Part shown: positions 25,845 through 34,531 of the stretch, piece by piece
Position numbering within the stretch: position 1 is the stretch's first letter
How the letters are laid out: every line of letters begins with the position of its first letter
Source of the DNA: Polaromonas sp.
GTDB lineage: Bacteria > Pseudomonadota > Gammaproteobacteria > Burkholderiales > Burkholderiaceae_C
Assembly: GCA_030650875.1 (NCBI GenBank)
Contig: JAUSDK010000229.1
Location: forward strand, 9,357-73,356
DNA length: 64,000 nucleotides
Reading direction: 5' to 3'
Notes under the pieces: generated by a model
Told to the model about the DNA's origin: nothing
What the model saw: the letters and a program-made list of their open reading frames with translations, nothing else
Databases searched by the model: none
Position numbers and translations under genes: made by a program

Positions 25845-26182
25845 GTGAAGCCTGCCAGACCGCCGCTGGTGCCGTATGGGAAACCTGGCACTGGAGGAAC
25901 GTCCGGACTGCACAGGACAGCGTAGGAGGTAATACCTCTCCACCGTGAGGTGAGGATCAGAGCAACAGAGACGAGCCGGTTAAGTCCGGGTGAAACGGGC
26001 AATCTCTACGCGCAGCAACACCAAATAGGCCAGCATTGATGTGGTTCCGCAGAGCTGGCGGGTAGGTGGCACCGAGCCGGGTAGGCGACTCCCGGCCCAG
26101 ATTAATGGCGGTCACACCGGGCCAACTTGCTTTCGGGCAAGAAAGCCTGGCGCACAAAATCCGGCTTATCGGCGGGCTTCAC
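25845..26182 (+). ncRNA. rnpB: RNase P RNA, bacterial type A
   Basis: GAGGAACGTCCGGACT and ACAAAATCCGGCTTAT P4 strands; GTGAAGCCTGCC/GGCGGGCTTCAC P1; CAACAGA and GGTGAAACG conserved regions. Confidence 0.95.
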
Positions 26183-26217
26183 ACTTTTATTTTGACCAGG
26201 CTGCGCCTGGTCTGCGT

Positions 26218-26760
26218 TCAGCGGCTGGCCAGCAGCGAACGGCCCAGCGCAAACACCGAATTGGGCGCCGTGGTGCGCACGGACTGGGGTTTGGGCGCTT
26301 GGTATACGCCGCGTTTGGCGACAGTGCGCGGCTCAATTTTTACACCCTTGGCGCGCTGCTCACTGGCCAGGTTGCGCAGGCTGATGGACTGCATGTGCGC
26401 CAGCATCTTGGCATTCAGGGCGGCCCACAAGTCCTTGGTCATCCACTCGCCAGTGCTGGCTTGTTGCGCCACGGCCTCCTCTCCCCGGCCGGACTTGCTG
26501 GCAGGGGCTTCCACCGCCCCGATGATGTCGGCCACGGAAATCGCCTCGCCTGCCCGGCCCAGCGAATAGCCGCCGCCGGGGCCGCGCGTGCTTTCCACCA
26601 GCCCGCTCCGGCGCAGTTTGCTGAACAACTGCTCCAGATAGGACAGCGAAATCTGGTGGCGCCCCCCGATGTCGGCGAGCGAGACCGGCCCTGCGTTTTC
26701 GCGAAGGGCAATATCTATCATGGCAGTGACCGCAAAACGGCTTTTGGTGCTCAAACGCAT
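26218..26760 (-). CDS. Rrf2-family regulator, IscR-like but lacking Fe-S ligands
   Basis: MRLSTKSRFAVTAMIDIA, SLSYLEQLFSKLRR, RGPGGGY; no Cys in the protein. Confidence 0.9.
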   Translation of the reverse strand: MRLSTKSRFAVTAMIDIALRENAGPVSLADIGGRHQISLSYLEQLFSKLRRSGLVESTRGPGGGYSLGRAGEAISVADIIGAVEAPASKSGRGEEAVAQQASTGEWMTKDLWAALNAKMLAHMQSISLRNLASEQRAKGVKIEPRTVAKRGVYQAPKPQSVRTTAPNSVFALGRSLLASR

Positions 26761-26810
26761 GTCTGTTCTCCTATGGGGCGTCAAAAATGACGTAAAAGCA
26801 TGACTATAGG

Positions 26811-26868
26811 GAAGTAATTACTTCGTGTAAATTCGTATTTAAATCAATTTCATTTCGAAAAATGCGAA
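26811..26868. promoter_or_regulatory. Divergent control region with palindromes
   Basis: Perfect palindrome GAAGTAATTACTTC (26811-26824); LysR-type TTCG-N7-CGAA (26854-26868); very AT-rich. Confidence 0.55.
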
Positions 26869-26921
26869 CAATAAGCTAAGCTGACGGCTCTTTTTTCAAG
26901 CCATTTACGGAAAGTCAGGCC

Positions 26922-27818
26922 ATGAATTTCAAGCACTTGTATTACTTCTGGGTGACCGCCAAGGCCGGCGGTATCGTGCGGGCGGGCGAGCAGCTGCACA
27001 CCACGCCGCAGACCCTGTCCGGGCAGATCAAGCTGCTGGAGGCGTGGCTGGGCCGCCAGCTGTTTCGTAAAAGCGGGCGTCGGCTGGAGCTGACCGACGA
27101 GGGGCGGGTGGCCCTGGACTATGCGGACCAGATATTTACCCTGGGGGCCGAAATGGAGAGCGCCCTGCGGCAGGCGCGCGAGGGCCAGAAGGTGCTGGAC
27201 TTTCGCGTGGGGGTGGCCGATTCGGTGGCCAAGTCCGTGGTGTACCGTCTGCTGGAGCCCGCCTTGTCGTTGCGCGAGCCAGTGCGGCTGATCTGCAGCG
27301 AGGGCAAGTTTCCTGATTTGCTGGCCCAGCTGGCACTGCACCGGCTTGACCTGGTGATGGCCGATGAACCGATGTCGGGCCGCGTCAGCATCAAGGCCTT
27401 CAACCACCTGCTGGGCAGCACGCCCATGAGCTTTTTCTGCGCGCCGGCGCTTAAAAGCGTGCTGAAAGGCGATTTCCCCCAGTGCCTGAACGATGCGCCC
27501 ATGCTGATTCAGGGCGCGTCCTCATCGGTGCGCAAGCATCTGGAGGCCTGGTTCACCAGGCACCAGATTCACCCCCGCATCATTGGCGAGTTTGACGATG
27601 GCGCGCTGATGAAAGCGTTTGGGCGCGAAGGGCGGGGCGTTTTCATGTCGGCCAGCGTGCTGGAGGCCGAGACGCTCACGCAATACGGGGTGGAGGTGAT
27701 TGGCCGCACCAGGGAGATGGTGGAGGATTTCTATGCTGTCTCGGTCGAGCGGCGCATCACGCACCCGTGCGTGGCGGCCATCACCCAGGCCGCACGCGGG
27801 CAGCTTTTCACGAGCTGA
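26922..27818 (+). CDS. nhaR: LysR-family activator NhaR
   Basis: MNFKHLYYFW..TPQTLSGQIK, EFDDGALMKAFG, ERRITHP. Confidence 0.88.
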   Translation: MNFKHLYYFWVTAKAGGIVRAGEQLHTTPQTLSGQIKLLEAWLGRQLFRKSGRRLELTDEGRVALDYADQIFTLGAEMESALRQAREGQKVLDFRVGVADSVAKSVVYRLLEPALSLREPVRLICSEGKFPDLLAQLALHRLDLVMADEPMSGRVSIKAFNHLLGSTPMSFFCAPALKSVLKGDFPQCLNDAPMLIQGASSSVRKHLEAWFTRHQIHPRIIGEFDDGALMKAFGREGRGVFMSASVLEAETLTQYGVEVIGRTREMVEDFYAVSVERRITHPCVAAITQAARGQLFTS

Positions 27819-27855
27819 TCCGCCGGTGGGCAGGGGTCAGCCGCGACTTGCTGGC

Positions 27856-28689
27856 TTACTTCGAGGCCGCAGCGGTGGGTGCCGCAGGCGCCGCGCCAAA
27901 GTACTTGGCGTAGATCCGGTCATAGCTGCCGTCGGTCTTGATGGCTGCCAGGCCCTTGTTGATCTTTTCCAGCAGATCGGCGTTGCCTTTTTTGACCGCC
28001 ATGCCGTATTGTTCGGCCTTGAAACTCGCGTCGCTGATGGTCTTGAACTGCGCATTGACATTGTTGTTGACATAGTGCACCACGACGCCGTTGTCGGCCA
28101 CCACGGCATCGACGCCGCCGCCTTCCAGCTCCTTCAGGGCCAGCGGCGTTGACTCAAAGCGCTTGACGTTGGCGCTGTCCTTGCCCTGCAGCTTGGTGAT
28201 GACCTCGTCGCCGGTGGTGCCGTTCTGCACGCCCACCTTGAGGTTTTTGAGCTCATCGAACTTGGCGATTTTTGAGTCCTTTTTCACTGCGATCAGTTGC
28301 TGCGCATCAAAATAGGGCGTCGAGAAATCCATGGTCTGCTTGCGTTCGTCCGTGATCGTGATGGCCGACACCAGCAGGTCACGGTCGCCCTGGCCGAGGG
28401 AGTTGAAGATGCCTTCCCACGGGGTGTTCAGGAATTTCACGTCCATGCCGGCTTGTTGTGCCGCGGCTTGCACCACCTCGATGTCAAAGCCGACGATCTC
28501 GCCCTTTTCGTTCTGCGATTCAAACGGGGCATAGGCGGCGTCCGTGCCGACGACGTAAATCCTGGCGGCTGGCGCTGGGGCCGCAGGTGCGCTGGCGGCG
28601 GGTTCCTGCTTGCTGCAGGCGGCCAGTACCAGGCCCGCCACCAGGGTGCCTGCCGTTTGAAGGAAATGTCGTGTCGTGATGGAAGCCAT
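27856..28689 (-). CDS. Basic amino acid ABC transporter substrate-binding lipoprotein
   Basis: LAAC lipobox, GTDAAYAPFE, GFDI, ITITDERK, DFS family 3 SBP motifs. Confidence 0.9.
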   Translation of the reverse strand: MASITTRHFLQTAGTLVAGLVLAACSKQEPAASAPAAPAPAARIYVVGTDAAYAPFESQNEKGEIVGFDIEVVQAAAQQAGMDVKFLNTPWEGIFNSLGQGDRDLLVSAITITDERKQTMDFSTPYFDAQQLIAVKKDSKIAKFDELKNLKVGVQNGTTGDEVITKLQGKDSANVKRFESTPLALKELEGGGVDAVVADNGVVVHYVNNNVNAQFKTISDASFKAEQYGMAVKKGNADLLEKINKGLAAIKTDGSYDRIYAKYFGAAPAAPTAAASK

Positions 28690-28803
28690 GAGAAACCTCA
28701 ATAGGGTGAAGGGCAGGAAATGAAAGGGTGCGGGCCACGGCGGCCTGGCGGTTTGAGGTGTTGGAAACCCGGATAAAAAGTATAAACCTAGGCTGCTGCG
28801 GGC

Positions 28804-30444
28804 TTACATGTGCGCCAAGTCCTGCAGCGCCCGGAGCCGGTCCACATGGGCTTGCAGCGAGCGCATCGCCACAGGCCACAGGCGTGGCGGCGTGTCGTCA
28901 TAGACTCGCGCCAGCCAGTCGTTCAGCGTGCCATCGGGCTGGGCCTGCATGGCCGCTGCCACTTTGGCTTCACGCTTGAGGCGGTGCGCCTTGAGCTGGG
29001 TAATCGACTGCCGGGCGGCGCCCAGCACATGGCCATGGGCCGGCAAGATGAAGTCGATCTGGTGCGCGTCGCAGGCAGCGCCCAGCGTGTCCAGCGCGTC
29101 CAGGTAGGCCGTCATCTCGCCATCGGGCGGGCTGATCACCGTGGTGCTGCCGTTCAAAATGTGGTCGCCTGAAAACAGCAGGCCGTCTTCCAGCAGCAGC
29201 AGGCACAGGTGGTTGGCGGCATGGCCCGGCGTAAAAATAACCATCAAAGTGTGCTGCAGCCCATTTCCTGTCAGTACAAGTAGCTCCTGATTTAATAGCT
29301 CCCTGTCGGGGGTGAACTGCGCATCGGGGCGTGCGGTGGGGCGGGACGCCAGCCCCAGAATCGGCGGACGGTGGGCACATAGCGCCTGCAAAGGGGCGGC
29401 GGCCGGTGAATGGTCGGCGTGGGAATGGGTGCAGACGATGGCCTGGATACGCCCGCCCGTGGCCTCGTACAGGCGCTGCACATGGCCGGCATCATGGGGG
29501 CCCGGGTCAATCACGATGTAGCCGCTGTCTGCGTCTCCCACCAGATAGCTGTTGGTGCCTGGCCCGGTCATCATGCCGGGGTTGGGCGCGGTCAGGCGCC
29601 TGACGTTTTTAAGCAGCGGGGCGGGCTTGGCGCATTGCCAGTCCAGGCTGTGCACGATCTGGCCATCGGGGCTGGTCAGCGCCAGCTCGCCGTAGGGCGA
29701 ATCGTGTTCCATGAAGCGCGATTCCTGGCCCGCCAGCAGGCCGGCACGCGGGCAGGATGTCCAGAGCGGCGCTTCGCTTGCGCAGGCCTGCAGCACCGCG
29801 TCGACATGGGCGTAATGCTGTAGCCGCTCCAGCGTGCGCAGCGTCGGGAAAATCATGAAGAAGCCGCCTTGCTGGTGCCGCTCCAGGGCCTCGGACGGGC
29901 GCACCCAGACCGGATCGAACTGTTCTGCTTCATCGGCCACGGGGCTTTGGCCTTCGGGCATGCGGGCCACCAGAAAAGGCACGTCAAAGCGGCGCGGCAG
30001 GTCGCGGTCGGTGACCCAGTGGGCCAGCACAAACACCTGGCTGCCGGCCAGCGTGAGACCGCGCGCCTCGCACTGCGCCGCAAACGGGGCCTTGCGGTCC
30101 AGTCCCGCAATGTCCTCGCTGGTGACATAGCCGCCATGGCGGTGGTGCGCCAGCAGCACGCCGAGTTCCTCAAAGCTTTCGCGGATCGCCGCAATGGCCT
30201 GCGTCAGGTGCAGATCACTCTGGCTGGCGCGCCGGGTGGAATGCCGGTGCGCCGCCGCATCGGCTGCGTCAATGCCGCCGCCGGGAAAGACGTAGGCGCC
30301 GGGTGCAAAGCTGGCCGTCATGGCGCGCCGGGTCATCAGCACTTCAATGCCCTCGGCGCTGTCGCGCAGCAGCAGCACGGTGGCGGCGGGGCGGGTGGGT
30401 GCGGGGTCGCGCTGCGGGTACAGGAGTTGGGAAGTTCTTGGCAT
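28804..30444 (-). CDS. Nudix hydrolase / metallo-beta-lactamase fold fusion
   Basis: N-terminal AATVLLLRD..VFPGG..AIRESFEE; C-terminal APNPGMMTGPGTN, THSHADH, PGH, SGDH, PAHG. Confidence 0.9.
   Translation of the reverse strand: MPRTSQLLYPQRDPAPTRPAATVLLLRDSAEGIEVLMTRRAMTASFAPGAYVFPGGGIDAADAAAHRHSTRRASQSDLHLTQAIAAIRESFEELGVLLAHHRHGGYVTSEDIAGLDRKAPFAAQCEARGLTLAGSQVFVLAHWVTDRDLPRRFDVPFLVARMPEGQSPVADEAEQFDPVWVRPSEALERHQQGGFFMIFPTLRTLERLQHYAHVDAVLQACASEAPLWTSCPRAGLLAGQESRFMEHDSPYGELALTSPDGQIVHSLDWQCAKPAPLLKNVRRLTAPNPGMMTGPGTNSYLVGDADSGYIVIDPGPHDAGHVQRLYEATGGRIQAIVCTHSHADHSPAAAPLQALCAHRPPILGLASRPTARPDAQFTPDRELLNQELLVLTGNGLQHTLMVIFTPGHAANHLCLLLLEDGLLFSGDHILNGSTTVISPPDGEMTAYLDALDTLGAACDAHQIDFILPAHGHVLGAARQSITQLKAHRLKREAKVAAAMQAQPDGTLNDWLARVYDDTPPRLWPVAMRSLQAHVDRLRALQDLAHM
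29247..29299 (+). repeat. Copy of dispersed 53-bp bipartite motif (inside Nudix-MBL gene)
   Basis: AAGTGTGCTGCAGCCC-N20-GCTCCTGATTTAATAGC. Confidence 0.75.
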
Positions 30445-30461
30445 TTCCTGATTTTGCAGCG

Positions 30462-30497
30462 AAACGCACAAAGCGCACAAAGTGCACGAAGTGCGCT
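30462..30497. repeat. Degenerate 9-bp tandem repeat x4
   Basis: AAACGCACA AAGCGCACA AAGTGCACG AAGTGCGCT. Confidence 0.6.
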
Positions 30498-30513
30498 TGC
30501 CCGCGCCGTGCCT

Positions 30514-31680
30514 TCAGGCCGTCAAGGCCTTCATTTCCGCATACAGGTCGGCCTTGCCTTCAAAGCCGATGCCGGGGAGCGGCGGCAATGTCACGTAGCC
30601 GTTCTCCACTTTCACGCCGTCGGGAAAGCCGCCATAGGGCTGGAACAGGTCGGGGTAGGACTCGTTGCCGCCCAGGCCCAGGCCGGCGGCAATCGCCAGC
30701 GACATCTGGTGCCCGCCGTGCGGCACGCAGCGGCTGGGCGACCAGCCGTATTCTTTCAGCATGTCCAGCGTGCGCAAATACTCGACCAGGCCGTAGCTCA
30801 GCGCGCAGTCAAACTGCAGCCAGTCGCGGTCCTTGTGCATGCCGCCGTAGCGGATCAGGTTGCGCGCATCCTGCATGGAAAACAGGTTCTCGCCGGTGGC
30901 CATGGGTCCGGTGTAGCGCTCGCTAAGGCGCGCCTGCAGTTCGTAGTCCAGCGGATCGCCGGCTTCCTCGTACCAGAACAGCGGGTACTGCGCCATCGCC
31001 TTGCCGTAGGCCACCGCCGTGGCCAGGTCAAAGCGGCCGTTGGCATCGACCGCCAGTTGCTGGCCAGGCTTGAGCATGCCCAGCACGGCTTCGATGCGCT
31101 GCATGTCCTCGGCCAGCGGGGCGCCGCCGATCTTCATCTTCACCACCGTATAGCCCCGGTCCAGGTAGCTCTGCATCTCGTCCAGCAGGCCCTGGATGCC
31201 TTTGCCGGGGTGGTAATAGCCGCCGGCGGCATAGACGAACACCTTCGGATTGGCCACGCCGTTGCCGTAGCGCTGCGCCAGCAGCTCGTGCAGCGGCAGC
31301 CCGGCGATCTTGGCCGTGGCGTCCCACACCGCCATGTCCAGCGTGCCGACCGCCACCGAGCGCTCGCCGTGGCCGCCCGGTTTTTCGTTGGACATCATGC
31401 AAGCCCATATCTTGTGCGGGTCGAGGTTGTTGCCGGTTTCATCGAGCAAGGTCGAGGCCTCGGCCTCCAGCACCCGCGGACGAAAGCGCTCGCGGATCAA
31501 TTGGCCCTGGCCGTAGCGGCCGTTGGAGTTGAAGCCGTAGCCGATGACCGGCTTGCCGTCACGAACCACATCGGTCACGACCGCGACGAGGCTGAGCGTC
31601 ATTTTCGAGAAGTCGATGTAGGCGTTGCGGATGTCCGACTTGATGGGCCGGGTGGATTCGATGATGTCGATGATTTTCAT
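30514..31680 (-). CDS. tarD: Mandelate racemase-family enzyme, D-tartrate dehydratase-like
   Basis: IRNAYIDFSKMT, GFNSNGRYGQG, NEKPGGHGERSV, KMK, PHGGH: signature segments I recall from the Bradyrhizobium D-tartrate dehydratase. Confidence 0.8.
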   Translation of the reverse strand: MKIIDIIESTRPIKSDIRNAYIDFSKMTLSLVAVVTDVVRDGKPVIGYGFNSNGRYGQGQLIRERFRPRVLEAEASTLLDETGNNLDPHKIWACMMSNEKPGGHGERSVAVGTLDMAVWDATAKIAGLPLHELLAQRYGNGVANPKVFVYAAGGYYHPGKGIQGLLDEMQSYLDRGYTVVKMKIGGAPLAEDMQRIEAVLGMLKPGQQLAVDANGRFDLATAVAYGKAMAQYPLFWYEEAGDPLDYELQARLSERYTGPMATGENLFSMQDARNLIRYGGMHKDRDWLQFDCALSYGLVEYLRTLDMLKEYGWSPSRCVPHGGHQMSLAIAAGLGLGGNESYPDLFQPYGGFPDGVKVENGYVTLPPLPGIGFEGKADLYAEMKALTA

Positions 31681-31877
31681 GGTGTGGGGGTTCAAGGTGA
31701 ATAGGGTTAGCGGGCCAGCGACGAGCCGCTGGGGGCTGAAACGGGGCCGCGATAATTTGCGATGGAAGGCAGGTTTGAAAAAGTCTCCTGGTTTGAATGA
31801 CTGGGCCGATCATCCGCACCAGCGGGGCTGGCGTCCAATACTCGAATCGCATACAACTATTCAAAGGAAGCTGAACG

Positions 31878-32801
31878 ATGGGACCCGTCAACCGACCGCT
31901 TGACCTGGAATGGCTGGAGGATTTCCTTGCCCTGGCCGAAACCGGCAATTTCTCGCGTGCCGCGCAGGCACGCGCCATTGCCCAGCCGGCGTTCAGCCGC
32001 CACATTCGTGCGCTGGAGGTATGGGCCGGCGTCGAACTCATTGACCGTGCCCGGCATCCGGCGGCGCCCACGCCCGCCGGCGAGGTGTTCGTGGTCACGG
32101 CGCGCGAGGTGGTGCTGCGGCTGATGCAGGCCCGCACCCGCGCCCATGAAGCCCGGGCGCAGGCCAGCCGCAGCCTGCAGTTCGCGGCGACGCATGTGCT
32201 GTCGCTCGCTTTCTTTCCGCGCTGGCTGCAAACGGTAGAGCAGCAGCTGCAGCTCGGTCCCATCCACATGGTGTCGGACAGCTACCAGGCCTGCGAAGAG
32301 CTGATGCTGCAGCGCCGCGTGCAGTTTTTGCTGTGCTACGGCCACTCGGCCTTCCAGACCCGGCTGTTGCCGCCTGACTTTGAATTTGTGCGGGTCGGCG
32401 AGGACAGTCTGGTGCCGGTCAGCGCGCCGGATGCCAGCGGCCAGCCGCAGCACCGCATCGATAGCGACACCCCCGAACCCTTGCCGGTGCTGGCCTACAG
32501 CCAGGCGTCGGGGCTGGGCCAGATCATGCGCGACCAGATGCCGGGCGCATTCGATGCGGAGCGCTTCAGGCCGGTGATGACCTCGCACCATGCCGTGCTG
32601 CTCAAGACCATGGCACTTGAAGGGCGGGGCGTCGCCTGGCTGCCGCACAGCCTGGTCTGCACTGAACTGGCCGATGGCCGCCTGGCGAGCGCGGCAGGGC
32701 CGCAATGGCGCGTGACGCTGGAAATCCGGCTTTTCCGCGCCACGGCCGCACTGGCACCAGCCGCCGAGGCAGTATGGGCCCGGCTTTGGCCGGCTGCTTA
32801 G
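31878..32801 (+). CDS. LysR-family regulator divergent from tarD-like gene
   Basis: [32 protein letters not shown]. Confidence 0.92.
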   Translation: MGPVNRPLDLEWLEDFLALAETGNFSRAAQARAIAQPAFSRHIRALEVWAGVELIDRARHPAAPTPAGEVFVVTAREVVLRLMQARTRAHEARAQASRSLQFAATHVLSLAFFPRWLQTVEQQLQLGPIHMVSDSYQACEELMLQRRVQFLLCYGHSAFQTRLLPPDFEFVRVGEDSLVPVSAPDASGQPQHRIDSDTPEPLPVLAYSQASGLGQIMRDQMPGAFDAERFRPVMTSHHAVLLKTMALEGRGVAWLPHSLVCTELADGRLASAAGPQWRVTLEIRLFRATAALAPAAEAVWARLWPAA

Positions 32802-32872
32802 GCGCCGGCAACAATGCCTTGGCTTTTGCTGCTGCTGCGCGCCTGGCCGCAGGCCCAACGGATAATGGCACG

Positions 32873-33751
32873 ATGCGAATCCGATTTACAAAAATGCACG
32901 GTGCGGGCAACGATTTCGTGGTGCTCGACGAAACCCGCGGCGCCCTGGGGCTGACCCCTGCGCAATACCGCTTCTTGGCCGACCGCCACTTTGGCGTGGG
33001 CGCCGACCAGATTTTGACGGTGCGGCCCTCACCGGCAGAAGGCATCGACTTTGAATATGTGATCCACAACGCCGACGGTGGCGAGGTCGAGCAGTGCGGC
33101 AATGGCGCGCGCTGCTTCGTGCGTTTTGTGCGCGAGCAGGGGCTCACCGACAAGGACACCGTGCGCGTCAAAACCATGAACGGCGTGATCACGCTGCGCC
33201 TGCAGGCCGACGGCCAGGTGACGGTGGACATGGGTGCGCCGGTGTTTGAACTGGAGCGCATCCCGTTTGATGCGGCCGGTTTGACGCCGCAGGCCGTTGG
33301 TTCATGGGAGAAATGGCCTTTAGCCCTTGGTGAACGGTCGCCGTCAGCGCCTGTTTTTGTAGCGGTTCTGTCGATGGGGAATCCCCACGCTGTGCAGCTG
33401 GTGGACGATGTCGAGTCCGCGCGTGTCGCTGAAATGGGTCCGCTGATTGAGCATCACGCGTGTTTCCCCAAGCGCGTCAACGCTGGCTTCATGGAAGTGG
33501 TGTCGCGCAGCCAGATCCGCTTGCGCGTCTACGAGCGCGGCGCCGGCGAAACGCTGGCCTGCGGCACGGGCGCCTGCGCGGCCGTGGTGGCGGGCATACG
33601 CTGGGGCTTGCTGGATGCGCGGGTCGAGGTGCTGACGCGCGGCGGTCCGCTCACGATCGAATGGTCGGGGTCGCCCGACGCGCCGGTCATGATGACGGGC
33701 CCGGCCACCACCGTGTTCAGCGCAGAGATCGACGTTCCCGACTTGCCCTGA
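32873..33751 (+). CDS. dapF: Diaminopimelate epimerase
   Basis: [36 protein letters not shown]. Confidence 0.97.
   Translation: MRIRFTKMHGAGNDFVVLDETRGALGLTPAQYRFLADRHFGVGADQILTVRPSPAEGIDFEYVIHNADGGEVEQCGNGARCFVRFVREQGLTDKDTVRVKTMNGVITLRLQADGQVTVDMGAPVFELERIPFDAAGLTPQAVGSWEKWPLALGERSPSAPVFVAVLSMGNPHAVQLVDDVESARVAEMGPLIEHHACFPKRVNAGFMEVVSRSQIRLRVYERGAGETLACGTGACAAVVAGIRWGLLDARVEVLTRGGPLTIEWSGSPDAPVMMTGPATTVFSAEIDVPDLP
33311..33363 (+). repeat. Copy of dispersed 53-bp bipartite motif (inside dapF)
   Basis: AAATGGCCTTTAGCCC-N20-GCGCCTGTTTTTGTAGC. Confidence 0.75.
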
Positions 33752-33802
33752 CCGGTGTGGGATGGTCTGTTCGCCGCCCCAAAAACTGGCGACAATGCCA
33801 GC

Positions 33803-34507
33803 ATGATCTCAACTGAACATCCCATCACCGAAGACGACATCGCCAATTTTCTGGCCAATACGCCGGACTTTTTTGAGCGACACGCCGAGCTGCTTTCCTC
33901 GGTGCAGCTCTCCAGCGGCCACGGCAACCGCGCGGTCAGCCTGCAGGAGCGTCAGGCCGGCATGCTGCGCGAGAAAATCAAGGGGCTGGAAACCCGGGTG
34001 GTCGACATGATCCGTCACGGGCAGGACAACGTGGGCATTGCCGACAAGCTGCAGCGCTGGACCTGCAAGCTGCTGCAGACGGCGCAGGCGCGCGATCTGC
34101 CTGCGGCGGCGGCTGACGGCATCGTCACCGAATTCCAGATCCCGCAAGCGGCCATCAAGGTCTGGGGCGTGAATGGCATTTTTTCAACAGAGGGTTTCGC
34201 ATCGGGGATCAGCAGCGACGTGCAGACCTTTGCCGCTTCGCTGAGCGCGCCTTATTGCGGTGCCAACTCGGGGTTTGAGGCGGTCAGCTGGCTGGCGGAG
34301 CCTGCGCTGGCGTTGTCGGTGGCCCTGATTCCCTTGCGGGCATCCGCTGGCGCACCGGTGGTGGGTCTGCTGGTGCTGGCGTCACCCGAACCCGCACGTT
34401 TTCACAGCGACATGGGAACCGATTTCCTGGCGCGGCTGGGTGAACTGGCCGGCGCGGCGATGTCGCGGCTGCGGCCCCAGGTTCCCGCTCAGGGCACCGC
34501 CGCATAA
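33803..34507 (+). CDS. DUF484 (YigA-like) protein
   Basis: PDFFERH, AVSLQERQ, RFHSDMGTDFL; dapF-DUF484-xerC synteny. Confidence 0.9.
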   Translation: MISTEHPITEDDIANFLANTPDFFERHAELLSSVQLSSGHGNRAVSLQERQAGMLREKIKGLETRVVDMIRHGQDNVGIADKLQRWTCKLLQTAQARDLPAAAADGIVTEFQIPQAAIKVWGVNGIFSTEGFASGISSDVQTFAASLSAPYCGANSGFEAVSWLAEPALALSVALIPLRASAGAPVVGLLVLASPEPARFHSDMGTDFLARLGELAGAAMSRLRPQVPAQGTAA

Positions 34508-34531
34508 AAGCCTAACGTTCTGACGGTCCGC

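Noticed and set aside
29869-31704. 611-aa ORF antisense to tarD-like and Nudix-MBL genes
   Set aside because: Antisense shadow in register with real genes; no domain signal.
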